DNA of 32,927 nt, taken from assembly GCA_045638325.1 (NCBI GenBank), contig JAZUBE010000110.1, positions 1 to 32,927 of the forward strand, read 5' to 3'. The stretch's first letter is position 1. Every line of letters starts with the position of its first letter. Below, one piece after another: positions 8,704 through 15,605 of the stretch. Below the pieces are notes generated by a model that was given only the letters and a program-made list of their open reading frames with translations, did no database searches and was not told the DNA's origin. The DNA is from Eubacteriales bacterium. Its GTDB lineage: Bacteria; Bacillota; Clostridia; Oscillospirales; CAG-272. A program made the position numbers and the translations under genes.

Positions 8704-8732
8704 ATAATAACATAAAAATATTACTAATTCAA
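8704..8732 (-). promoter_or_regulatory. candidate sigma-A promoter for the wHTH gene
   Basis: Minus strand reads TTGAAT - 17 nt - TATTAT with a TGn extension. The -35 hexamer overlaps the stop codon of the upstream 454-aa gene. Confidence 0.45.
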
Positions 8733-10093
8733 GTATATGTTTTACTTAGGACAAAAGTTTTTATACACATATTGCAATTTTTATCTCCTGTGCAACCAGA
8801 AAATCTAAAAACTTCCTCCGCAAGTAACTGGTGGTCTTTAACTTTTGGCGCTAAACAATAGACGATGTGTTGATCCACATCTTGTAAAGGTGCACACGAA
8901 TTACATATTATTGTTGAAACTCCTTTGCGTGTTGCGAGAGAGCGAGCTGTTTCTGACATTAGATATGAGCTGTTAGTATACGCGGAGACAAACACAAAAT
9001 TTGCATGCATAACAGAGCATACCGTATTAATACTTTCGTTGTTAAAATCAGCACAAATTAAATATACGATTCTTCCGATTTTGGGTATATCTATAAATTT
9101 GATCTGATGATCTCCTTCTATAGCTTCTCTATAATTACAATGTTCATCTTTATCATATGGTTCATATGGAATTTGCTTCTTTTCGAGAATTAAAACAGTT
9201 CCCTTTCCAGTTAACAAACAAGCTACATTACTATTATTTTCCCAAACACTGCCTAAAAATATTAGCTTTAGGTGTTTAAAATTAGCTGATATTAAAAATT
9301 CTCTTATATATTTTTGTGTAGTTGGTGTCATTGCTAATTCTGGAAACAAGGCAATGTCCACTTTCTGATTTTCACATTCTATTAAAAGTTTTTTGATGGT
9401 TTCATTATGTGGAGAAGTAAGTGCTGAATCATATTCAATTGAAAACTCCTTGGTTTCATGGTTTTTGTATACAACGAACCATTCTTTGTCTAACATAGGC
9501 ATACAAGCAATTTTCAACTCATTAAGATCATTAAAGCAATGACTGTATTCTGTTATTTGTGGATTATAATCATGCAATTGAGTTTCTTTTATAACCTCAA
9601 AATTATAAAAATTCGCATTCAAAGTATCTGTGTCGTATTCTACCGTTTGTCTCCCTCGTATAATTCTCCCTTTTTTTAAAGTTTTTTGAAAATATGATTC
9701 TGATGGTTTTAAATACAGACGATATCTATCATCAGTGTTAAGAGGCCCTTTATTAAGAATAAGTTTTCTGCTTGTTGACTGTTCGCCAATAACATCATCG
9801 AGCTTTTGCAAGGTGACATAACAAAAAACTTCAGGTGGTAACGCTGTTTTATTAAAATCTAATATCCACAAATCAATCCAATCTTTAAAATCGTTTAATG
9901 AAACAAGACTAAATTCCTCTGCCCATTTTTGTATATTATCAAATTCTTCAGATAAAGCACTATTTGTAGCTTTCTTAAAATTATTACGTATTTCTCTTAT
10001 ACTTTTAGTGTCAAGAAAAATATAAACATTGACAATAAATGAAAAAATGTCTTCGACTTTCATTATTTTTTCAACAACATCGGTTTTTGTCAT
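8729..10093 (-). CDS. fusion protein: unknown ~200-aa N-terminal domain plus a nitrilase-superfamily (carbon-nitrogen hydrolase-like) domain plus a C-terminal Cys cluster
   Basis: Glu-Lys-Cys triad pattern in the canonical order and context: DIALFPELAM (E252), LILEKKQIPY (K305/K306), RIVYLICADFN (C347). A beta-strand-like KIACMPM opens the domain. C-terminal cysteines are C397/C400 and C434/C440/C443. RBS GAGGTG. Confidence 0.75.
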   Translation of the reverse strand: MTKTDVVEKIMKVEDIFSFIVNVYIFLDTKSIREIRNNFKKATNSALSEEFDNIQKWAEEFSLVSLNDFKDWIDLWILDFNKTALPPEVFCYVTLQKLDDVIGEQSTSRKLILNKGPLNTDDRYRLYLKPSESYFQKTLKKGRIIRGRQTVEYDTDTLNANFYNFEVIKETQLHDYNPQITEYSHCFNDLNELKIACMPMLDKEWFVVYKNHETKEFSIEYDSALTSPHNETIKKLLIECENQKVDIALFPELAMTPTTQKYIREFLISANFKHLKLIFLGSVWENNSNVACLLTGKGTVLILEKKQIPYEPYDKDEHCNYREAIEGDHQIKFIDIPKIGRIVYLICADFNNESINTVCSVMHANFVFVSAYTNSSYLMSETARSLATRKGVSTIICNSCAPLQDVDQHIVYCLAPKVKDHQLLAEEVFRFSGCTGDKNCNMCIKTFVLSKTYT

Positions 10094-10113
10094 AATATCA
10101 CCTCTTTTGTAAT

Positions 10114-10142
10114 ATTATAGCACACATATATAAGAATTGCAA
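10114..10142 (-). promoter_or_regulatory. strong candidate sigma-A promoter for the CN-hydrolase-like gene
   Basis: Minus strand reads TTGCAA - 17 nt - TATAAT, preceded by TGc (extended -10). Lies about 20 nt upstream of the RBS. Confidence 0.55.
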
Positions 10143-10311
10143 TTAATCATAAAACAAAAGTCCTTTATCCCTCACCCCCAAAAAACCTTATATATAATCA
10201 AAGCCAAAAGCAAGGTCACACGGCACAAGACAGCAGGCAAAAACCGTATGCTCACTGTCGTTATACATCTAACCGAGATGTGTGTCAGATTATAAGAACT
10301 GAGGTGTTTCT

Positions 10312-10530
10312 ATGTTTAATATTCTTGATATGGATGAGGTTGACAACAGAGCCATAATAAAGAATAGTTTTAGTGCTATTGATATTCTCAATTTGCTTCT
10401 GTCTATCATAGAACTGAACGAATACAGAATTACTCTGAATGTTACTGCTGACGGCACATACGAATTCTATATTAACGGTCAGATGTATGCCATTTTGCCT
10501 GCAGATTCACTTGTTATGAAATCGGAATGA
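10312..10530 (+). CDS. small hypothetical protein (72 aa)
   Basis: RBS GAGGTG 7 nt upstream of the ATG. Followed by a clean terminator at 10546-10581. No recognisable motif. Confidence 0.55.
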   Translation: MFNILDMDEVDNRAIIKNSFSAIDILNLLLSIIELNEYRITLNVTADGTYEFYINGQMYAILPADSLVMKSE

Positions 10531-10545
10531 CTGTCATATAAATAG

Positions 10546-10581
10546 CAAAAAGCCATTGAACTTTTGTCCAATGGCTTTTTG
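10546..10581. terminator. bidirectional terminator shared by the 72-aa gene and the convergent primase gene
   Basis: 8-bp stem agccattg (10551-10558) / caatggct (10569-10576), flanked by an A-run and a T-run. Confidence 0.7.
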
Positions 10582-10626
10582 TTTATTTGGTTGTGACAGC
10601 AGTGACGGCAAAATCGCAAAACTTTT

Positions 10627-12990
10627 TCAAAATTCCACATTTTCATCTTCATAGGAATTTGTGTCTGAGCCGTCACTTGCCGTCACGGGAGGACTTGGCA
10701 GAACATAGTCGGGGAGCATATCAGCAGTATTTACATAGGGCATATCAAATGTATCGGTATGTGAAGCAATTTTAAGTCCTGTCCAATATCTGATTTTGCC
10801 GTTTCTTCCATGAACAAAGCCTGCTTTTTCAAGGGCGGCCTTAAAAATATCAGATTTTCGGGTGAACTCTCCGTTGCGTTTACAGTAATCACGATAATTT
10901 TCGTATAGCCGTCCTGCTCTCTCTGTGAAGCCTTTGCCTGTCTCACAGCACTCTGTAAGATAATTGTTCACCCAATCATTGGCTTCTCTGTAATCTTTAA
11001 TTGCCTGTCTTACGATCTCGGGAGCTTCGATTTCATATCCTGCTTTTATAAATTTATATGCACCTTCGATTATCCATGACAGGACTGCTCCTCCGGCTTC
11101 ATTGAAAAGATATTCAGCATAATTCTTGATGTCGTTATTCTTTTCAATCACTGCGTTAAAGGGGATTACTACAAGTCTGCGCCATGTGCCGTCGTCTGAT
11201 GATCCTACATCGGGTAAATGATTTGTATAGAGCACTACTGTGTGAGAAGGGATGAAGCTGAACGGATCCCTGTATTTCTTTTCTGCGTATATAGGGTCTG
11301 TTGAACAGAGCTTCTTTACAACGGCGGTATCAAGTCTCATACCCTCTTGAAGTTCGGCAGCAATAGCAAGCCTTTTTCCTCGGAGTTCGGCGTATTCCGG
11401 ACTTTTATTCTTTCGGGAGTTTACTGTAAGAGTTTCGGCAGACAGATTCCCCGAGTAATCGCCAAGCACCCTTGCAAGGAGATTGAAGAACGTACTCTTT
11501 CCGTTCCGTCCACTGCCGTATGCTATCACGAGATTCTCTCTGTAAACAGCACCTACTGCAAACATACCTGCCACAAGCTGTAAGTAGTTTTCAAGCTCTT
11601 TATTGTCGCAAGTAATGGTTTTGAGGAAGTTTGCAAACAGCTCTGCTCCCTCAGCCGATACACCTACATTCGTAATCTTTGTACAGTAATCAAGAGACGT
11701 GTGAGGGTGTATTTCCTTTGTGCGCAGATCAACTGTGCCATCGAGAGTATTAAGCATAAACGGGTCTGCATCGAGCATTGAGCTGTCGATCTCGGCCATA
11801 GGTTTGGCTTCGGTGAGAACGGCTCTGATCTTCATTGTATCTCTCTTACCAAGTGCAAATTTCATATATTTCATTGCACGGTTAGCTTCTTGTTTATTTT
11901 TCTTGGCCTCCATGTCATCCATGTTCAACACTGAATCCATCTCTGCCTTTTGAGCCCTTTGCAGTTTCACTGAAGCTTCTTTTATCTGTGAATCGGTGAA
12001 CTGCTGTACCAATCTGTGAACCTTCAATTCGCTTTCAGTCCACACCTTGCCTGTATAATACAGATAGTTTGTGGCAGGCGAGTATTTGACAACATCACCG
12101 TACTCACGCACAAACACATAGGCCTGTCCTACATCGGAATAATCGGAAGGCTCTAAGTCTTCGGTGGAATTGTACTGGTCGGGAGAGGTATAGTTTGCTG
12201 AGGTCTTTATGACTTTACGATAGTATGACAGTGCTCCGTCCCAAATTGTAGATACTTCATTATCGGGTAAAGGCTCTTCACATCTGTAGACGTTCTGCTT
12301 GAACAACTCATACGCCGTGTCTGATGTGTCTCCAAATCGGGTGAGAAGCTTCAGCGCAATTTGATGAAGTGTGTTATTCCGTTCTCCCACAGGAATTCTG
12401 TCATATTCCGTTGCTTTTGTGAAAGGGGATGGCTTATCATCGGTTGTGCTTATATCTACGGTTCCCATGAATTCCGACAGTAATGTTTCGCCGTCATAGT
12501 ATTCAACACGTGGAATCTCAACGCCATAGAAGAAGTGTGCTATATCCTTTGCCTTAGCATCAAAATAAGGGAAATAGGCACATACCCTCTCCTTTAACTT
12601 TGCATATTCTTCCCCGTCGGTGAATTCTTTGTCGGGGAAATACAGATGAAATTTCGGACGGGGTGCCTTGCCGTCTTTTTCCCTCATATGATTTCGGGAA
12701 TATGACACATAAAACGGCACATCGGGGAAGGCTTCACGGATATTTTTGGGCGTTATCCATTCATTCTCACTGTCGCTATGGCTATTATCAACATCAAGCA
12801 TGATGCAGTTTGCCTTGATGAAGTTGTCGTTCTTGCGATGGTATTCTGCATACTCAGCGCTGACATGGTCAAAGACTACGAGGCTTGCAAGATCTTCTGC
12901 AGTATGTATTTCTGCTTCATAGGGATACCTTGTGTTGTTTGATTTCTCTCGGCAGTTGTTGTAGTAAAGTGTAATTTTGTAATCAGTCAT
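10627..12990 (-). CDS. bifunctional primase-polymerase (AEP) / P4-D5 family primase-helicase
   Basis: The N-terminal AEP motifs are CIMLDVDNSHSD and PKFHLYFP. A PriCT-like segment follows (GERNNTLHQIALKLL). The C-terminal part is SF3/D5-type NTPase with Walker A (YGSGRNGKSTFFNLL). I prefer the ATG at 12990 with RBS GGAGGTG; the track start at 12999 is a GTG. Confidence 0.9.
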   Translation of the reverse strand: MTDYKITLYYNNCREKSNNTRYPYEAEIHTAEDLASLVVFDHVSAEYAEYHRKNDNFIKANCIMLDVDNSHSDSENEWITPKNIREAFPDVPFYVSYSRNHMREKDGKAPRPKFHLYFPDKEFTDGEEYAKLKERVCAYFPYFDAKAKDIAHFFYGVEIPRVEYYDGETLLSEFMGTVDISTTDDKPSPFTKATEYDRIPVGERNNTLHQIALKLLTRFGDTSDTAYELFKQNVYRCEEPLPDNEVSTIWDGALSYYRKVIKTSANYTSPDQYNSTEDLEPSDYSDVGQAYVFVREYGDVVKYSPATNYLYYTGKVWTESELKVHRLVQQFTDSQIKEASVKLQRAQKAEMDSVLNMDDMEAKKNKQEANRAMKYMKFALGKRDTMKIRAVLTEAKPMAEIDSSMLDADPFMLNTLDGTVDLRTKEIHPHTSLDYCTKITNVGVSAEGAELFANFLKTITCDNKELENYLQLVAGMFAVGAVYRENLVIAYGSGRNGKSTFFNLLARVLGDYSGNLSAETLTVNSRKNKSPEYAELRGKRLAIAAELQEGMRLDTAVVKKLCSTDPIYAEKKYRDPFSFIPSHTVVLYTNHLPDVGSSDDGTWRRLVVIPFNAVIEKNNDIKNYAEYLFNEAGGAVLSWIIEGAYKFIKAGYEIEAPEIVRQAIKDYREANDWVNNYLTECCETGKGFTERAGRLYENYRDYCKRNGEFTRKSDIFKAALEKAGFVHGRNGKIRYWTGLKIASHTDTFDMPYVNTADMLPDYVLPSPPVTASDGSDTNSYEDENVEF

Positions 12991-13005
12991 TTTACGCACC
13001 TCCGC

Positions 13006-13137
13006 TTACGCAATCTCAGCAGAATCATTGATCTCGTTTGCCTGTTCTTCTTTTGCCTTGATATCACGTATCATTGCATCCAAACATTCAAACACGAAGT
13101 CTCTTGCCTGTTTCTTGCTAATTGTGATTTCTTTCAT
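13006..13137 (-). CDS. small ORF (43 aa) immediately upstream of the primase gene, below the ORF-track cutoff
   Basis: Translated by hand as MKEITISKKQARDFVFECLDAMIRDIKAKEEQANEINDSAEIA. RBS AAGAGG about 10 nt upstream. Its stop lies 13 nt before the primase ATG. Confidence 0.4.
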   Translation of the reverse strand: MKEITISKKQARDFVFECLDAMIRDIKAKEEQANEINDSAEIA

Positions 13138-13216
13138 TTTTCAGTACCTCTTTAACAAAATTTACTCGGTTTTTGTCCCGGTACTGCTGATAACTACCGC
13201 CTAATAAAAGATGCAC

Positions 13217-13245
13217 TTGACGGAACCAAAGAGGTATGATACAAT
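13217..13245 (+). promoter_or_regulatory. candidate sigma-A promoter for the IS1595-like gene
   Basis: TTGACG - 17 nt - TACAAT. It lies inside the ORF-track N-terminal extension, which supports the downstream ATG at 13268. Confidence 0.55.
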
Positions 13246-13267
13246 TAAGAAAAAGAGGTGTACAAAT

Positions 13268-14107
13268 ATGGACTTGCAAGAGATAATAAAAAAATTCGGC
13301 ACTGAAGAACAATGCCGAGAGTATATATACAGTGTCAGATGGAAAGACAGATATCGCTGTCCCCGATGTGGTAGTACAGAAGCATGGAAGACAGGTGAGA
13401 TAAAATACAAATGTCAGAAATGCGGACACAAGGCATCTGTAACCGCAGGGACTGTATTCGGTGATTCGCATATTCCTTTGCCGATTTGGTTTAAGGCTAT
13501 ATGGTATGTGTCAGCCGATCCCACAGGCATTACTGCGGATAAACTGCAAAAGGAACTCGGTCTCGGCAGTAACCGCACCGCCTTATCAATACTTCATAAA
13601 ATCAAAAGAGCTATGATACGCACTACCCTTGATAAGCTCAGCGGTACTGTTGAAATCGTCACCACCGATCTCAGACTTATTGACAAAAAGGTGTTTGTAG
13701 CCTTTGCCGTTGAAGTGAGAGGTAGACGGATAGGCAAAATCAGAGTAAAGAGAATTCACCGTGATTCTCCGTTAGAGCTTGTGGAGTTTATAGATAGATG
13801 TGTAGAGCCTAACAGCACTATCATACATAAGGAACTGATGCTTCGGGATGTTATGTTATATGAAGATTACACCGAGGCACATAAGCCATACGCATACAGC
13901 TTCTCCTGCACACGTAAAGTAAAAACCAAATTGGAGAACTGGCTGTTTGACAATTATACAGAGGGTAAGCTCAGCCGCTGTCTCAATGAATTCTGTGCTC
14001 GTGTAAACAGTATGAAATGCGAGTATGATTTTTATGATCTGCTGAACAATGCTATACGGTTGAAACCGAGTACAGATAAGACGAGGAAGTTTGGAATTGA
14101 TGTGTAG
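13268..14107 (+). CDS. IS1595-family transposase-like protein with apparently degenerate catalytic residues
   Basis: The N-terminal IS1595 zinc-ribbon/HTH pattern is YRCPRCGSTEAWKTGEIKYKCQKCGHKASVTAGTVFGDSHIPLPIWFKAIWYV. The position of the vEvDEt motif reads VEIVTT, and the TDxxxxY position reads IHKELML. RBS AAGAGGTG before the ATG at 13268. Confidence 0.7.
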   Translation: MDLQEIIKKFGTEEQCREYIYSVRWKDRYRCPRCGSTEAWKTGEIKYKCQKCGHKASVTAGTVFGDSHIPLPIWFKAIWYVSADPTGITADKLQKELGLGSNRTALSILHKIKRAMIRTTLDKLSGTVEIVTTDLRLIDKKVFVAFAVEVRGRRIGKIRVKRIHRDSPLELVEFIDRCVEPNSTIIHKELMLRDVMLYEDYTEAHKPYAYSFSCTRKVKTKLENWLFDNYTEGKLSRCLNEFCARVNSMKCEYDFYDLLNNAIRLKPSTDKTRKFGIDV

Positions 14108-14160
14108 ATACAGCTGTAAATATCAGATACCTTAACAAAGAAAAACAAACAATATACAAA

Positions 14161-14198
14161 AGCCATCACAGATTTGAAAAATCTATGATGGCTTTTTG
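14161..14198 (+). terminator. rho-independent terminator after the IS1595-like gene
   Basis: 13-bp stem with one mismatch: agccatcacagat (14161-14173) / atctatgatggct (14181-14193). Followed by a T5 run. Confidence 0.65.
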
Positions 14199-14252
14199 TA
14201 TATGATAAATCTATAAAGCTCGTCTCATTATTACAATATCCGACAAAATCCA

Positions 14253-14281
14253 TTGAAAAGAGTTATGATAAATGCTATAAT
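14253..14281 (+). promoter_or_regulatory. strong candidate sigma-A promoter for the membrane-protein gene
   Basis: TTGAAA - 17 nt - TATAAT, preceded by TGc (extended -10). Confidence 0.55.
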
Positions 14282-14333
14282 GTAAGTATATAAAAAATAT
14301 TTAAGCGAAATCAATTAGAAAGGACAGTTTTAT

Positions 14334-15191
14334 ATGCTAGCAAAATTAATGGATAGTCCTATTGCATGGACTGCTTTGGCAATAATTACTGTTGCGAGCT
14401 TGGTGTATGCAATAATATGTCAACAAATAAACAAAGAGAAAAAAGAATTTACATATTGTCGAAAAACAACTTCACTGCTTCACAAGAAAAAAAGAAAATT
14501 CGAAAAGTTGTTGGTTTCATATGATGGGCAAGAAATCGAAAATTTGTGCGTAAGTAGATTTACAATATGGAATAGCGGAAATAAAACTTTATATAGCAAT
14601 GATATGGTAACTTCAAAAGAGTTAATTGTAACAACCGTAGAAGAAGATAGGATTTTAGACGTTGAACTTATAGTATGTTCTGAAGAAACAAATAAATTCA
14701 TTACTCAAGTTATTAATGAGCATACAGTAAAAATACTCTTTGAATATGCTGATAAAAAAGATGGGGTTGTAATACAAATCATACACACTGGAACAGCTGA
14801 ATCATTGAAAATTGACTGTAAAATCAAAGGTGGTAAACCAATTAAGAATTTTATTAATGAAGCTGCACCAAGGTTAATTAGAAAAACAATTAAACCAGAA
14901 ACATTTGAAAAAATCATGGTAGTACCGATTATCATATCAATTATTCTTTTATTCGGAATTGCTATTGCAAGCACGATAGCGATTTTTAATACAGACTTAC
15001 AAAATATATTATTCAATCCGGTAGCAAATGAAAAGCAACCTTTAGATCCTCAAAATGAAGCAATAATAATGTCTATTATTTTTTGGGTATGTATTATACT
15101 GATTTGTGTTTCGTATAAGCCTATTGTAAAACTAAAATTTGGTATAGGTATACCAAAATCATTGAAAAAGCATTCTGATTTTACCGATTGA
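14334..15191 (+). CDS. hypothetical three-TM membrane protein with a central beta-rich soluble domain (285 aa)
   Basis: Very AT-rich ORF with RBS AAAGGA. Hydrophobic segments at about residues 9-29, 195-217 and 243-262. No recognisable family motif. Confidence 0.7.
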   Translation: MLAKLMDSPIAWTALAIITVASLVYAIICQQINKEKKEFTYCRKTTSLLHKKKRKFEKLLVSYDGQEIENLCVSRFTIWNSGNKTLYSNDMVTSKELIVTTVEEDRILDVELIVCSEETNKFITQVINEHTVKILFEYADKKDGVVIQIIHTGTAESLKIDCKIKGGKPIKNFINEAAPRLIRKTIKPETFEKIMVVPIIISIILLFGIAIASTIAIFNTDLQNILFNPVANEKQPLDPQNEAIIMSIIFWVCIILICVSYKPIVKLKFGIGIPKSLKKHSDFTD

Positions 15192-15280
15192 TATGAAGAT
15201 ATAATAGTCTGTTTGTAAAATTGTCTGTTATAACTATAACATCCTCCCCTCGCCCATCGTCAAAAAATCCACAAATAACA

Positions 15281-15316
15281 ATAACCGGAAGGCAGCACAA
15301 CTTCCGGTTATTATTT
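15281..15316. terminator. terminator-like hairpin between the membrane-protein gene and the tRNA
   Basis: 11-bp perfect stem ataaccggaag (15281-15291) / cttccggttat (15301-15311). It could serve either convergent transcript. Confidence 0.5.
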
Positions 15317-15410
15317 AAGTATTCGCCGTTTCAATTATTTTGCAAGAAATCTCTGAATGGCAAAGCCCCCAAGAAAGAAGATTTCTCGGGGACTTTGTTT
15401 AAGATTTGTG

Positions 15411-15487
15411 TGGTGGGCCATCAAGGACTCGAACCTTGGACCGACCGGTTATGAGCCGGTAGCTCTAACCAACTGAGCTAATGGCCC
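15411..15487 (-). tRNA. tRNA with CAT anticodon (elongator Met or lysidine-modified Ile2), CCA encoded
   Basis: The reverse complement folds as a cloverleaf. Acceptor GGGCCAT/ATGGCCC, D arm GCTC-AGTTGGTTA-GAGC, anticodon stem ACCGG/CCGGT with loop CTCATAA, T arm CAAGG-TTCGAGT-CCTTG, then ACCA. G1:C72 rules out an initiator. Confidence 0.95.
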
Positions 15488-15508
15488 GACTTTTATTCGG
15501 CTCTGTTA

Positions 15509-15537
15509 ATTTTATCACAAACAGAGACGAATGTCAA
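15509..15537 (-). promoter_or_regulatory. sigma-A promoter for the tRNA
   Basis: Minus strand reads TTGACA - 17 nt - TAAAAT. It ends about 21 nt upstream of the mature tRNA 5' end. Confidence 0.6.
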
Positions 15538-15605
15538 CACTTTTTCGCTTGTGTTTTGGGAAAATTTATCGCAAAATTCCGCAATGTTCGTCAGACAACG
15601 TAGTA

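Larger units (their letters stand above)
809..15319. mobile_element. integrative island (satellite/IME-like), boundaries approximate
   Basis: Serine recombinase pair at the left end and a primase-helicase replication module. Visibly lower GC than both flanks, with two very AT-rich cargo patches. The right end abuts the 3' side of a tRNA gene. No capsid, terminase or conjugation genes seen. Confidence 0.5.

Noticed and set aside
13118-13471. A 117-aa minus-strand ORF (and 13201..13410) overlapping the start of the IS1595-like gene.
   Set aside because: Antisense to a motif-supported gene and spanning its promoter. The hydrophobic low-complexity translation is typical of a shadow frame.
15221-15454. 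A 77-aa plus-strand ORF between the membrane-protein gene and the tRNA.
   Set aside because: It runs across two terminator-like hairpins and into the tRNA gene. It has no RBS.
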